64,000 nt of DNA from Actinomycetes bacterium (GTDB lineage Bacteria; Auribacterota; JAJCYG01), in the NCBI GenBank assembly GCA_029263055.1, contig JAJCYG010000036.1:6708-70707 (forward strand). The letters are read 5' to 3'. This document shows positions 19,560 through 29,905 of the stretch, one piece after another; position 1 is the stretch's first letter, and every line of letters begins with the position of its first letter. A program made the translations under genes and the position numbers. Below the pieces are notes generated by a model. It worked only from the letters and a program-made list of their open reading frames with translations. It made no database searches and was not told where the DNA came from.

Positions 19560-21251
19560 ATGAACTTTTTAGTTACTGAGGTTCTTTTGTTGCTGAGGAA
19601 TAAGTCAAGTCGCCGAAATTTATTAATTATTTTTTGGTTTCTCTTAGCTTTATTTACATTAATTTTTGTTTATACAATCGCCTTTCATTTTTTAATGGAA
19701 AGAGAGGGGAAAGAGTATTCTTTAATCACAGGTCTTTATTGGACTTTGACTGTGATGACCACATTAGGTTTTGGAGATATTACTTTTCATTCTGATTTAG
19801 GACGACTTTTTTCTATTTGTGTTTTGATGTCTGGTGTTTTTTCTCTTCTTGTGATTCTTCCTTTTATTTTTATTGAATTTTTTTATGAGCCTTGGATGCG
19901 TGCCCATACAGCGGCTCGTGTACCAAGGGGGCTGTCCGAAGAATATAAAAACCATATTATTTTAACTCATTACGATATCGTGACTAAAGCTTTGATTAAT
20001 CGATTAAATCAGTATAAGTATCCTTACATTTTGATTGTTGAAGATCTCACATTTGCGTTAAACCTTTATGATGAAGGTGTAAATGTGATGCTTGGAGATT
20101 TAAATGATCCTGAAACATATAAAAAAGCCAGGGTGAATAGAGCGGTCTTAGTTGCTTCTACTTGTCGTACATCGTCTAATGTGGCAGTCTGTTTTGCCGT
20201 GCGAACATTAAATAACATGGTGCCAATTATTACCACTTCAGAAGATACTTCGTCTAGAGAAGTTCTAAAGCTTGCAGGTAGTACGCGCACACTTTTGTTA
20301 GATGACATGATGGGCCAAATTTTAGCTCGTCGAACAAATGGTGGGGATGCAATGTCGCATTTAGTAGGGGACTTTGATTCTGTTCGAATCGCTGAAGCCA
20401 CTCCAGCTAGTGTGATGATTGGAAAGAAAATCCGTGAATTGGGTTTAAGAGAAAAAGTAGGGGTGACTGTTTTAGGTGTTTGGGAACGAGGGAAGTATAA
20501 AATTCCTGGGCCAGAGACTTTAATTAAAGAAGGGACTATTTTACTTTTAGCAGGTACAGCAGAGCAGTTGAAAAATTATGACGTTCTATTTTGTATTTAT
20601 AACGTTGCTATGGGTCCTGTTGTGATTATTGGGAGTGAGCGAGTGGGGCAAGCTACAGCGGCTGCATTAAAATCAAGAGACCTTGATTATCGAATTATTG
20701 AAAGAGATCCTGCTAAGGTGGTTGATCCTGAAAAAACAATCATTGGAGAGGCAACAGATATAGATGTGTTAAAAAAGGCGGGTGTGATGGAAGCACCCGC
20801 AGTTGTGATTACCTCAAAAAATTCAGATGTTAACCTTTACCTCACTATTTTAATTCGTCATCTGCAATCAGAGTTGCAAATTGTGAGTCGTGCTGGAACA
20901 GAGGGAAATGTGACGGCAATGCATGAGGCGGGTACTGACTTTGTGATGTCTTATGCGGCTATGGGGGCCAACACCATTATGAATTATCTCAAAAAAGGAG
21001 ATATTTTAATGGTTGCCGAAGGACTTGATTTGTTTAAAGTAAAAGTCCCTTCTTCATTAGTGAATAAAACAATTCAAGAATCTAATATTAAAGAGATGTC
21101 GGGTTGTAATGTGGTTGTGATCAATAACAATGGCTCGTCTATTGTTTTGCCTAAAGCAAACGAACGAATTCCTGAAGATTCAGAAATTATCCTCATTGGA
21201 AATGAAGAATCTGAAACTCGTTTTCTAGAAATGTTTGGAAAGTTTAAATAA
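19560..21251 (+). CDS. Potassium channel protein with tandem TrkA/RCK domains
   Basis: Pore motif TMTTLGFGD followed by two RCK-N/RCK-C pairs. Confidence 0.9.
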   Translation: MNFLVTEVLLLLRNKSSRRNLLIIFWFLLALFTLIFVYTIAFHFLMEREGKEYSLITGLYWTLTVMTTLGFGDITFHSDLGRLFSICVLMSGVFSLLVILPFIFIEFFYEPWMRAHTAARVPRGLSEEYKNHIILTHYDIVTKALINRLNQYKYPYILIVEDLTFALNLYDEGVNVMLGDLNDPETYKKARVNRAVLVASTCRTSSNVAVCFAVRTLNNMVPIITTSEDTSSREVLKLAGSTRTLLLDDMMGQILARRTNGGDAMSHLVGDFDSVRIAEATPASVMIGKKIRELGLREKVGVTVLGVWERGKYKIPGPETLIKEGTILLLAGTAEQLKNYDVLFCIYNVAMGPVVIIGSERVGQATAAALKSRDLDYRIIERDPAKVVDPEKTIIGEATDIDVLKKAGVMEAPAVVITSKNSDVNLYLTILIRHLQSELQIVSRAGTEGNVTAMHEAGTDFVMSYAAMGANTIMNYLKKGDILMVAEGLDLFKVKVPSSLVNKTIQESNIKEMSGCNVVVINNNGSSIVLPKANERIPEDSEIILIGNEESETRFLEMFGKFK

Positions 21252-21256
21252 ACTTT

Positions 21257-21802
21257 TTATTTTTTTTGTCCTGTCTGCTTCTCTTTAAAATCTAAAGCTC
21301 CAGAATTAATACAGTAACGTAACCCTGTTGGTTTGGGTCCGTCAGGAAATACATGGCCTAAGTGCGAGTCACAGCGAGCGCAAAGTACTTCGGTTCGACT
21401 CATAAACAGACTGCTATCTTCTTCAGTGGCAACATTGGCTTCTGAGACAGGTTGCCAATAACTTGGCCATCCTGTTCTAGAATCAAACTTTGACTCAGAG
21501 TTAAAAAGATCTAAGCCACAAGCTACGCATTGGTAAACACCTTCTTTTTTATTGTCGTGGTACTTACCGGTAAAAGCCCGCTCCGTTCCTTTTTGTCGTG
21601 TAATATAATATTGTTCTTCTGTGAGTTGCTTTTTCCATTCTTCTTCAGATTTAATAACTTTATCCATTTTAATCTCCTTACCACTTGAAGTAACAAAAGA
21701 GTTTGATTTTGATTGGTTTTGTGACCAAATAAAGTTAGCGCTTATTAAGATAAGAACGACGATAAAAATACTTCTATAAGTAGTGTTTGATTTCATTTTC
21801 AT
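21257..21802 (-). CDS. msrB: Peptide methionine (R)-sulfoxide reductase MsrB with N-terminal signal/anchor; alternative internal start at 21667
   Basis: [29 protein letters not shown]. Confidence 0.95.
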   Translation of the reverse strand: MKMKSNTTYRSIFIVVLILISANFIWSQNQSKSNSFVTSSGKEIKMDKVIKSEEEWKKQLTEEQYYITRQKGTERAFTGKYHDNKKEGVYQCVACGLDLFNSESKFDSRTGWPSYWQPVSEANVATEEDSSLFMSRTEVLCARCDSHLGHVFPDGPKPTGLRYCINSGALDFKEKQTGQKK

Positions 21803-22055
21803 ATTCCGGAAAATAGGTTGATATAATGGACAAGTCAAATTGACTCATGATTGCTTCTTTAGATTCACGCTCTAAAAGAAACTCAAAAGAGGCTTTAAGG
21901 CAGTCCTCTTTGCTTGTCTTGCCTTGAGTTAATGATTGGTAGAGAGCTTCGTTTACATGAACAGTATGTTTTGTTGAAGAATCCCCTTCTTTAACTGTCA
22001 CACAAAACTGATTTGGCTTTGAGTTGGACTGCTTTATGACTGAAATAGTAGCCAT
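21774..22055 (-). CDS. Conserved hypothetical protein
   Basis: SFEFLLERE...[14 protein letters not shown] motif; AAGGAG SD upstream; overlaps msrB start. Confidence 0.7.
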   Translation of the reverse strand: MATISVIKQSNSKPNQFCVTVKEGDSSTKHTVHVNEALYQSLTQGKTSKEDCLKASFEFLLERESKEAIMSQFDLSIISTYFPEYENEIKHYL

Positions 22056-22144
22056 TTTATAGTCATTGCTCCTTAATTGTTATTGTACTATAATACGACT
22101 CTTATAAGTGATTGAAAAGAACCCCTTTAAGTTGAGGATGTGCC

Positions 22145-22693
22145 ATGATTTTGTCAGATCAAACCCTAAAGCAGTACCTTGAAGAAGGCAAACTTAAGAT
22201 CGATCCTATTGAAGATAATTCTGTTCAGCCTGCTTCTGTGGATTGCACATTAGGTTCGCATTTTTTAGTGATCGATGAAAACAGCATGGGTTTGCTTACA
22301 ATGGATGATGAAATCAAGTACCGCACAATTGAAGCTGATAGTATTACCTTGCCACCCCATTCTTTTATTTTAGCTACAACCCGAGAAGAGGTTGAACTGC
22401 CTGATGATTTAACAGCATTTGTAGAAGGGCGCAGTTCTATTGGTCGCATGGGATTGTTTATTCAAAACGCGGGTTGGGTTGACCCTGGTTTTAAAGGGCG
22501 TATTACTTTAGAACTTTATAATGCAAATTCTCTTCCTATTAAGCTTGAAGCTGGTCGTCGTATTTGCCAGCTTGTTTTTTGTAAAATGAGTAGCCGTGCT
22601 TCTAAACCTTATCAAGGTAAGTATCAAGGTCAAACAACCACTGTTGGAAGCCGTGTTTTTAAAGATGTGGATAAGGGTGCTTCTGCGGTTTAA
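22145..22693 (+). CDS. dcd: dCTP deaminase
   Basis: MILSD, QPASVD, EGRSSIGRMG, AGWVDPGFKGRITLE, YQGKYQ. Confidence 0.95.
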   Translation: MILSDQTLKQYLEEGKLKIDPIEDNSVQPASVDCTLGSHFLVIDENSMGLLTMDDEIKYRTIEADSITLPPHSFILATTREEVELPDDLTAFVEGRSSIGRMGLFIQNAGWVDPGFKGRITLELYNANSLPIKLEAGRRICQLVFCKMSSRASKPYQGKYQGQTTTVGSRVFKDVDKGASAV

Positions 22694-24888
22694 GCTGCTT
22701 CTTCTTTGGCTGAAGCTAAGGGGAGTGTGAAGTAAAAAATAGTGCCTTTACCCATTTTGCTTTCTGCCCAAATTTTTCCACCATGGCGAACAATAATGCG
22801 TTGCACAATAGCCAGACCTGCTCCGGTTCCTTTAAAGTTTTGCTTGTCGTGGAGTCGTTGAAAAACAGTGAATAGTTTGTTGATTTCTTTCATGTTAAAA
22901 CCAACCCCATTATCTTGAATGTAAAAGGTTAGTTTTCCTTTCTTTTCAATGGCGCCAATTTCGATTATAGATAGTTCTTGGTTCTTAGTGAATTTAATGG
23001 CATTGCCCATTAGATTGCTTATGACTTGACGAATCATGACTTCATCTCCTAAAACATGTGGAAGAGGAGAAGCTATTTTTAAAAGACAGACTCTATCTGG
23101 TTCTAAAAGTTTAAAGTCTTCAAAGACTTCTTTGCACATTGACTCAATATTAAAATCATTCGTAAGAATTTCTTTTCGACTTAATTGGGAATAGACCATG
23201 AGGTCTTCAATAAGGTCTCCCATTTGCTGAGTGTGATCTTGGATGTGGTTTAGATAGCTTTTGCCTTCTTTATCGAGCTTGTCGTGATGTGTCTCTGATA
23301 AAAGTTTGCTAAAACCACCAATTAACGTTAGAGGAGTTCTTAATTCATGAGAAATGGAATAAGAAAAAGCTTCTAATTCTTGAACCAAATCCTTTAGTTC
23401 TTCTGTTCGCTGTTCAACTCTTTTTTCTAGATCAAAGTTAAGGTGTTGGATTTTCTGTTCGGCTTTCTTCTGTTCTGTGATGTCGAGAATAAAACAAGCG
23501 CACTCATTTTGTGATTCTGGCAAAAGAGCTGCTCCAATCAAGATAGGCACTCTTGAGCCATCCTTGTAGAAGTATTCTTTTTCATAAGGAGTGGCTGTCC
23601 CTTTCATCTTAAGTTCTTGGACAGCAAACTCATCTTTTGGCTGCCATTCTTCGGGTGTGAGTTTTGTCCATTTACAAGGCATATCTTTTTCTGTAAGGCC
23701 GAGCATTTGTAGAAAAGCGTCATTGCCTTCGATTATGTTTCCATTAAAGTTGGCAATTGTGATTCCAATTATTTTTGAATTAAAGAGAAGGTTCATTCGT
23801 TCTTCAATTTTTTTGCGTGCCTCTTGTTCTTTTTTGATCTCACTTAAATCTCGAACTAAACAAATAATCCCTAAAAATTCATTTTTTTTGTCCTTCATTG
23901 AGTTGGCCGAAATACTGGCATAAATCTCTTTACCTTTATCTGTTGTGATATCTATTTCAGCTTGTTTGACGGGTGTGTCATGGTCGATTAGATTATTCCA
24001 CTGGTTTTGAGAAATGATTTGAGGTGCGATGCAATGAATCGATTTTCCGATGAGATCTTTTTCTTTTATTTCAAATAGAGTGCATGCTGTTTCATTAACA
24101 ACTCGAATGGCTCCATCTCTATCTAAAACTAAGAGAGCGTCACCTAAGTGATCCATTACCTCATTGATGCTGTAAGTAGAGGGGATATCTTGTAAATGAA
24201 AACGTCTTACAGTAAAGGCTGCAAGGAGTGCAAAGATAGAAATAGGAAGAAATCCCACAGGATAAATTGGGATGCCAAATTTAACTAAGTAATCAACAGC
24301 ACCTAGTAGAGCAATGAGAAAGGCAATTAAAAACAGAGTGACTCGATGATGGTGGCGAGAGTGGGTAGGGGTTATTTTGTAAGCATTCCAATAATGCTTA
24401 ATGCTTAAAACCATGAGTGTGAAAAAGAAAGCCAAAAAAGGAAGGCTGAGCAATCCGTATTGTGGGTAATAACCCCAGTTAAAGAGTTGGACATGTGTAA
24501 TAAATTGATTTGTAAATAATGCTGCTCCAGAAAATCCTGTGGCCATTAACATAATGCTCCAAAACCGAATTTTATAATGGGAGCTTAATTGTAAAATTGA
24601 GAGCGCAAATAAATAGATACTAACAGGAAGAAAGGGGACACCTATATAGGCAAGTTTAGACCAAGAAAGAGCCACTTCAGGAAGTTCTGCACAATACATC
24701 ATTGAAAAACAAAAGAGCCAAATAGATAGGGTTGAAGTGAGAAAAAAGAATTTGAGACTGACTTGAGAGGCTTTTTCTCGCACTAAAACAACGGAGCCAA
24801 GTGCTGTGAGAAGGACTGCGGTCAAAAACAGTGGGACCGCATGTGGGTTAAACGTATAATTTATAAAATGAAAAAACTCTCTCCACAT
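22690..24888 (-). CDS. 7TM-PAS-PAS histidine kinase
   Basis: N-terminal 7TM region, two PAS/PAC regions, EAFSYSISHELRTPL, DNGVGF, GTGAGL. Confidence 0.9.
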   Translation of the reverse strand: MWREFFHFINYTFNPHAVPLFLTAVLLTALGSVVLVREKASQVSLKFFFLTSTLSIWLFCFSMMYCAELPEVALSWSKLAYIGVPFLPVSIYLFALSILQLSSHYKIRFWSIMLMATGFSGAALFTNQFITHVQLFNWGYYPQYGLLSLPFLAFFFTLMVLSIKHYWNAYKITPTHSRHHHRVTLFLIAFLIALLGAVDYLVKFGIPIYPVGFLPISIFALLAAFTVRRFHLQDIPSTYSINEVMDHLGDALLVLDRDGAIRVVNETACTLFEIKEKDLIGKSIHCIAPQIISQNQWNNLIDHDTPVKQAEIDITTDKGKEIYASISANSMKDKKNEFLGIICLVRDLSEIKKEQEARKKIEERMNLLFNSKIIGITIANFNGNIIEGNDAFLQMLGLTEKDMPCKWTKLTPEEWQPKDEFAVQELKMKGTATPYEKEYFYKDGSRVPILIGAALLPESQNECACFILDITEQKKAEQKIQHLNFDLEKRVEQRTEELKDLVQELEAFSYSISHELRTPLTLIGGFSKLLSETHHDKLDKEGKSYLNHIQDHTQQMGDLIEDLMVYSQLSRKEILTNDFNIESMCKEVFEDFKLLEPDRVCLLKIASPLPHVLGDEVMIRQVISNLMGNAIKFTKNQELSIIEIGAIEKKGKLTFYIQDNGVGFNMKEINKLFTVFQRLHDKQNFKGTGAGLAIVQRIIVRHGGKIWAESKMGKGTIFYFTLPLASAKEEAA

Positions 24889-24940
24889 GAATCTAGACGC
24901 CTTTCATGTGACTTTACGCCTAGTGTTATTATACCATTTT

Positions 24941-25642
24941 TTAGTCTGTCTTGACCGACGCTGTGGGTTGAGAGTCTGCTCGGTTTGCCAGGGTTCTATA
25001 GACATGTGCGTAAGCTGTTATCGATAGCGGTATTGTGACTGCGAGTCCAATAATTAAGGCTAGGGCCCCTAATAAATTGACTCCAACTAAGACTAAGAAA
25101 AAGCAAAAAAGTTTCCATTTTGCTCCTTGGGTAATCTTGCCGCTATATTTGATTGCTTCGATGGGTCCCATGTTTTTATCGATAATGGCATAAGACCAAA
25201 AGATATATTTAAGAGCCCAAATAATTCCAGGAACAATCAGTAAAATAAGCCCACCAATAAAAATTAAAGCATAGAGAATATTTGAAGCGATATATTTTAA
25301 GAAGAGTGGAAAACAGGTGAAGAGATCTTTAATAGAGGTCTCTTTCTTGTCAATTAGGCTTAATGGGATGCGGATAAGTCCCATTGCATTGACTGTTTTG
25401 ACCACAGCTCCTGCAATCATAATGACAAAAGAAAACCCCATGAGCCCAAAGACAAGAAATTGTATTTCTTGAAATGCAGGAATAATAATTGTGGGAACAG
25501 ACGCTGTTAATTGAAAGGCAATATCAATGGCAAACATAAGGAGAAACGCCCCAATAAAAAGCCAAAACCGTGGTTTGAGTGTTTGCCAACCATCTGAAAG
25601 AGCTTGTTTGATTGAAAAGGGTGAGGCATTTGTTTCGTTCAT
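24941..25642 (-). CDS. Integral membrane protein (DUF975-like)
   Basis: LILLIVPGII and AIKYSGKITQG patterns; AAGGAG SD. Confidence 0.75.
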   Translation of the reverse strand: MNETNASPFSIKQALSDGWQTLKPRFWLFIGAFLLMFAIDIAFQLTASVPTIIIPAFQEIQFLVFGLMGFSFVIMIAGAVVKTVNAMGLIRIPLSLIDKKETSIKDLFTCFPLFLKYIASNILYALIFIGGLILLIVPGIIWALKYIFWSYAIIDKNMGPIEAIKYSGKITQGAKWKLFCFFLVLVGVNLLGALALIIGLAVTIPLSITAYAHVYRTLANRADSQPTASVKTD

Positions 25643-25732
25643 TAAGATTTCTCCTTAAGTCCAAAAGTTGATTTATCTTATCAAAATTACAAATAGTTTT
25701 CATTTAATATTCTTTTTTACTAAGCTCATAAG

Positions 25733-27025
25733 ATGTCTTTATTTCGAGCCCTCAAATACAAAAATTACCGCCTTTTTTTTATTGGCCAGTCCATCTCCTT
25801 AGTGGGAACGTGGATGCAGCATCTTGCCATGGCATGGTTGGTCTACCGGATTACTGGATCTGCTTTTTGGTTAGGGGTTGTTGGTTTTGCAGGGCATATT
25901 CCTAACTTATTATTTGCGCCAGTTGCAGGGGTATTGGCTGATCGTTGGAATCGAGTCAAAATCCTTCATCTTACCCAAGCCCTTTCACTTTGGCAGGCAG
26001 CTATTTTAGCGTTACTCACTTTAGGGGGTGTTGTTGAGTTGTGGCATGTGATTGCTTTAGCCGCTATATTGGGGCTGATCAATGCGGTTGATATTCCCAC
26101 GCGCCAATCTTTTTTTGTTGAATTAATTGATAACAAAAATGACATTGGCAATGCCATTGCTTTAAATTCATCCATGTTTAACTTTGCCCGTCTTTTAGGC
26201 CCTGCATTAGCTGGAATATTGATTGCTTTTTATGGAGAGGGGGTTTGTTTTTTAGTTAACGTTTTTACCTTTATTCCCATTATGGTTGCTCTCTTTTTAA
26301 TGAAGCTAAGCAAGCGAAAAAAGAGCCGAAAAGATGTTGCGGTGTGGAATGGTTTAAAAGAAGGGATTGCTTATATCCGAAAGTTTTCTCCCATTCAAGA
26401 AATGTTATTGCTGATGGGTTTTATCGGTCTATTTGGAATGCCCTTTACTATTTTACTACCGGTATTTGCCTCTGAAATTTTAAACGGAGGTTCTGAAACC
26501 TATGGAATGTTAGCGGCCTCAATGGGGTGTGGGGCATTAGCAGGTGCTTTATCGATGGCATCTAAGAAAAACGTTTTAGGTTTTGAAAAGATCATTGCCT
26601 TTTCAGCTGCTCTCTTTTGTATGGGAGTGATTGTCTTTTCTCAAATGAATGGACTGATCTCATCACTTGTTGTTTTGTTTATTATTGGCTTTGGTTTGAT
26701 GATGCAAATGGCTTCAACCAACACTGTTCTCCAAACCATTGTGGATGATGACAAGCGCGGAAGAGTGATGAGTTTTTACTCTATTTCAATTATAGGAACA
26801 GCCCCTTTTGGAAATCTAATGGTGGGAGCTCTGGCTAGCAGATTGGGTGTTTCGTTTGCATTGGTAGTGTGTGGCATTGTTTGTTCACTGGGCGTGCTAT
26901 TTTTTGCACGCCAGCTAAGCGCGATCCGAAAAAGAATGCAGCCTCACTATGTGCGAATGGGGATTTTACCTGAAGTAGCCAGCGCCCTTGACCAGGCTAC
27001 CAGCCTTCAAAACGCAGAAGACTAA
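25733..27025 (+). CDS. MFS transporter (EntS/macrolide efflux-like)
   Basis: GQSISLVGTWMQ, GVLADR, NAIALNS, DDDKRGRVMS; 12 TM. Confidence 0.92.
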   Translation: MSLFRALKYKNYRLFFIGQSISLVGTWMQHLAMAWLVYRITGSAFWLGVVGFAGHIPNLLFAPVAGVLADRWNRVKILHLTQALSLWQAAILALLTLGGVVELWHVIALAAILGLINAVDIPTRQSFFVELIDNKNDIGNAIALNSSMFNFARLLGPALAGILIAFYGEGVCFLVNVFTFIPIMVALFLMKLSKRKKSRKDVAVWNGLKEGIAYIRKFSPIQEMLLLMGFIGLFGMPFTILLPVFASEILNGGSETYGMLAASMGCGALAGALSMASKKNVLGFEKIIAFSAALFCMGVIVFSQMNGLISSLVVLFIIGFGLMMQMASTNTVLQTIVDDDKRGRVMSFYSISIIGTAPFGNLMVGALASRLGVSFALVVCGIVCSLGVLFFARQLSAIRKRMQPHYVRMGILPEVASALDQATSLQNAED

Positions 27026-27062
27026 ACGTTGACATCGGGGTCAGGCACCACCGTCAACGTTT
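27024..27062. repeat. REP-like palindromic element, copy 1
   Basis: AAACGTTGAC-ATCGGGGTCAGGCACCACC-GTCAACGTTT; 37/39 identical to the reverse complement of 27309-27347. Confidence 0.85.
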
Positions 27063-27118
27063 TTACTCAAATAAAGACAATTATTGTATAATTGAATAAC
27101 CAAATAACGGAGGTTGAT

Positions 27119-27310
27119 ATGTCTCTAATCAAAACAAAAGTGTGGCCCCCTTTTCAAATTGCTGTTTTAAAAACAGTCTGCTTAATTTTTGGTTTGATTG
27201 TGGGTGCTTATTACGCAGATGTGATTAAAGATTATTTATGGATTTTAGCGGGTATTGGCGTGGTTTGCTGGATTGAAGTCTTTTATTTTTACTATTTGAA
27301 AAAGGACTAA
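27119..27310 (+). CDS. Small 2-TM membrane protein (63 aa; start 27119)
   Basis: GGAGG SD before ATG 27119; TATAAT at 27087-27092; two hydrophobic helices. Confidence 0.75.
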   Translation: MSLIKTKVWPPFQIAVLKTVCLIFGLIVGAYYADVIKDYLWILAGIGVVCWIEVFYFYYLKKD

Positions 27311-27347
27311 ACGTTGACGATGGTGCCTGACCCCGGTGTCAACGTTT
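27309..27347. repeat. REP-like palindromic element, copy 2 (inverted relative to copy 1)
   Basis: AAACGTTGAC-GATGGTGCCTGACCCCGGT-GTCAACGTTT. Confidence 0.85.
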
Positions 27348-27360
27348 TGAATTAAAGTTT

Positions 27361-27840
27361 ATGAACTATTATGAAGAAGTAAAACCTTTAGTTGAAAAAT
27401 TAAAGAATCGAATTCCTGCGCCACCATTGGTACCCAGTCGTGCTTGGGATCCAGATCTTTCTAAGCAGATCAAAGGTTTAGATGTGAAAGAGACCATTCG
27501 CGCCTCACTTTTTTTATGGAATGATGATCTAGATAAAGCACACAAATTAGCCCAAGACATAACAAACTCAACCGGCAGTTTAATCCACGGCATTATGCAT
27601 CGCCGCCAACCTGATTATACTAATAGCAAATATTGGTATCGCCAAGTGGGCTCACATCCTATCTTCATTAATCTGATCCAAGAATTCCCAGGCTGGGAAC
27701 CGTTCACCTTTGTCGACCAATGCGAACTCACCGAACAAAACAACGATACCAAAATCCAAAACGACCTAGAAACCGTCCAATCCCGCGAACTAGAACTTCT
27801 CACACACTATTGTCTAGAACTAGAAGGTCTAGCGACCTAA
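27361..27840 (+). CDS. Conserved hypothetical protein
   Basis: LWNDDLDKAH...Q...HGIMHRRQPDYTNSKYW block typical of a conserved uncharacterised family. Confidence 0.8.
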   Translation: MNYYEEVKPLVEKLKNRIPAPPLVPSRAWDPDLSKQIKGLDVKETIRASLFLWNDDLDKAHKLAQDITNSTGSLIHGIMHRRQPDYTNSKYWYRQVGSHPIFINLIQEFPGWEPFTFVDQCELTEQNNDTKIQNDLETVQSRELELLTHYCLELEGLAT

Positions 27841-27891
27841 TCTTACAGAATGTGATCTGTAACTATATTCGTAAGAATAGGTTATAAAGCA

Positions 27892-27930
27892 GACTAAATG
27901 AGTCCAAATTAAAAGTGGACTCATTTAGTC
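27892..27930. promoter_or_regulatory. Double IscR type-1-like (Rrf2) operator upstream of the suf operon
   Basis: GACTAAATGAGTCCA-N9-TGGACTCATTTAGTC; each half contains a GACT-N5-AGTC core; 32 bp upstream of the Rrf2 gene. Confidence 0.7.
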
Positions 27931-27962
27931 GTCTTTTATAAAATAAAGATAGAGGGAATAGG

Positions 27963-28412
27963 ATGAAATTTACAACTAAAACAGAATATGGGCTTATTTG
28001 TTTGGTCTACTTGGCGCAGCATCAAGGTGGCAAACCTTTGACTGCTAAAGAGATTGTGGCTGATGAGAGCTATTCGATCGCATTTATTGAAAAGATTTTG
28101 CAAGCATTGCGTAAAGCAGCGTTGGTTGAAGCTCATCATGGCGTGCAAGGGGGCTACACATTAGCTAAGCCACCTTCTGAAATTACGTTTAAAGCGATTG
28201 TTGAAGCTTTAGAAGGAAGCACATTTGAAGTTTTTTGTGAGCCAGAAAATCGAGAAAAAATTGTTTGCACACACCTTTCTTCTTGTGGGGTGAAAACGAT
28301 TTGGCAACAGACAAAGCAGGTGTTGGACAACTTTTTTGATTCAGTTACGTTAGAAAGTTTGATGAAGAGTTCGCCAACAGTGATGTTGCATAATAAAGAA
28401 AAGGCGAGTTAA
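27963..28412 (+). CDS. Rrf2 family transcriptional regulator (IscR/SufR-like, three Cys)
   Basis: [23 protein letters not shown]-x9-C-x5-C. Confidence 0.92.
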   Translation: MKFTTKTEYGLICLVYLAQHQGGKPLTAKEIVADESYSIAFIEKILQALRKAALVEAHHGVQGGYTLAKPPSEITFKAIVEALEGSTFEVFCEPENREKIVCTHLSSCGVKTIWQQTKQVLDNFFDSVTLESLMKSSPTVMLHNKEKAS

Positions 28413-28416
28413 GGCT

Positions 28417-29877
28417 ATGAGTAAAGAACAAACAAAAACATTAGACGATTTAGTCAATCGCGAGTATAAGTACGGTTTTAAAACTGATATTGAAACGGGC
28501 AAGCAGATTAAAGGTTTGTCTGAAGAGACAGTGCGCGCGATTTCTGCGTATAAAAATGAGCCGGAGTGGTTGTTGGAATACCGATTAGATGCGTACCACA
28601 AATGGCTTAAAATGAAAGAACCTAAGTGGTCGAGTGTTCACTATCCTGAGATTAACTATAAAGATTTGATTTACTATTCAGAGCCAAAACAAAAAACAGA
28701 CGCTGAAAAGCCTAAAAGTTTAGATGAAATCGATCCAGAACTTCGCCGCACATTTGAAAAATTAGGGATTTCTACTGCAGAGCAAAAGCGTTTGAGTGGT
28801 GTGGCTGTGGATGCGGTGTTTGATTCTGTTTCTGTGGGAACCTCTTTTAAAGAAAAACTCGAAAAGATAGGGATTATTTTCTGTGCTTTTTCTGAGGCCG
28901 TTCAAACTCATCCTGAATTGGTTCGAAAGTATATGAGTTCAGTGGTCCCGTCCAACGACAATTTTTATGCGGCTCTCAACTCTGCTGTTTTTACTGATGG
29001 TTCGTTTTGCTTCATTCCAAAAAATACAAAGTGCCCAATGGAGTTGTCGACTTACTTTCGAATTAACACAGAAGGTACGGGGCAGTTTGAACGGACTTTG
29101 ATTGTTTGCGAAGAAAATAGCACGGTCAGTTATTTGGAAGGGTGTACAGCCCCTCGATTTGACACCAACCAATTGCATGCTGCGGTGGTTGAATTAGTTG
29201 CTCTAGAAAATGCAGAGATTCGTTACTCCACAGTTCAAAACTGGTATGCCGGAGATCCTAAAACAGGCAAGGGTGGGATCTACAACTTTGTGACCAAACG
29301 TGGGGAGTGTCGCGGAAACAATTCTAAAATTTCATGGACCCAAGTTGAAACAGGTTCAGCCATTACTTGGAAATATCCTAGCTGTATTTTAATGGGAGAC
29401 AACTCCGTCGGTGAATTTTACTCGGTGGCATTAACCACAGGATATCAACAAGCCGATACAGGAACCAAAATGATTCATTTGGGTAGCAACACCAAGAGCA
29501 CGATTATTGCCAAGGGGATTGCAGCTGGTAAAGCTGAGAACAACTACCGTGGTTTGGTGCAAGTGGGCAAGAAAGCAAAGAATGTGCGTAATTTTACACA
29601 ATGTGATTCTTTATTAATTGGTCCGGCATGTGGAGCGCATACCTACCCGCATATTGATGTGCAAAATCCAACCGCTCAATTAGAACATGAAGCCTCGGTT
29701 TCGCGGGTGAGTGATGAGCAGTTGTTTTACTTTTTATCTCGTGGGATTAATGCAGAAGATGCCATGGGGATTATTATCCGTGGTTTTTGTAAAGATGTGT
29801 TCAAGCATTTGCCGTTTGAGTTTGCTGTAGAGGCGAACCAATTGTTAGGCCTTAAACTTGAAGGAACAGTTGGTTAA
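28417..29877 (+). CDS. sufB: Fe-S cluster assembly protein SufB
   Basis: [48 protein letters not shown]. Confidence 0.97.
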   Translation: MSKEQTKTLDDLVNREYKYGFKTDIETGKQIKGLSEETVRAISAYKNEPEWLLEYRLDAYHKWLKMKEPKWSSVHYPEINYKDLIYYSEPKQKTDAEKPKSLDEIDPELRRTFEKLGISTAEQKRLSGVAVDAVFDSVSVGTSFKEKLEKIGIIFCAFSEAVQTHPELVRKYMSSVVPSNDNFYAALNSAVFTDGSFCFIPKNTKCPMELSTYFRINTEGTGQFERTLIVCEENSTVSYLEGCTAPRFDTNQLHAAVVELVALENAEIRYSTVQNWYAGDPKTGKGGIYNFVTKRGECRGNNSKISWTQVETGSAITWKYPSCILMGDNSVGEFYSVALTTGYQQADTGTKMIHLGSNTKSTIIAKGIAAGKAENNYRGLVQVGKKAKNVRNFTQCDSLLIGPACGAHTYPHIDVQNPTAQLEHEASVSRVSDEQLFYFLSRGINAEDAMGIIIRGFCKDVFKHLPFEFAVEANQLLGLKLEGTVG

Positions 29878-29905
29878 CGCCAAAGACTTTGTAAAGGAGA
29901 GAAAG

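Noticed and set aside
27024..27347. CRISPR array or integron attC interpretation of the 39-bp repeats
   Set aside because: Only two copies, in inverted orientation and 246 bp apart; no cas or integrase gene; no clear attC box structure.
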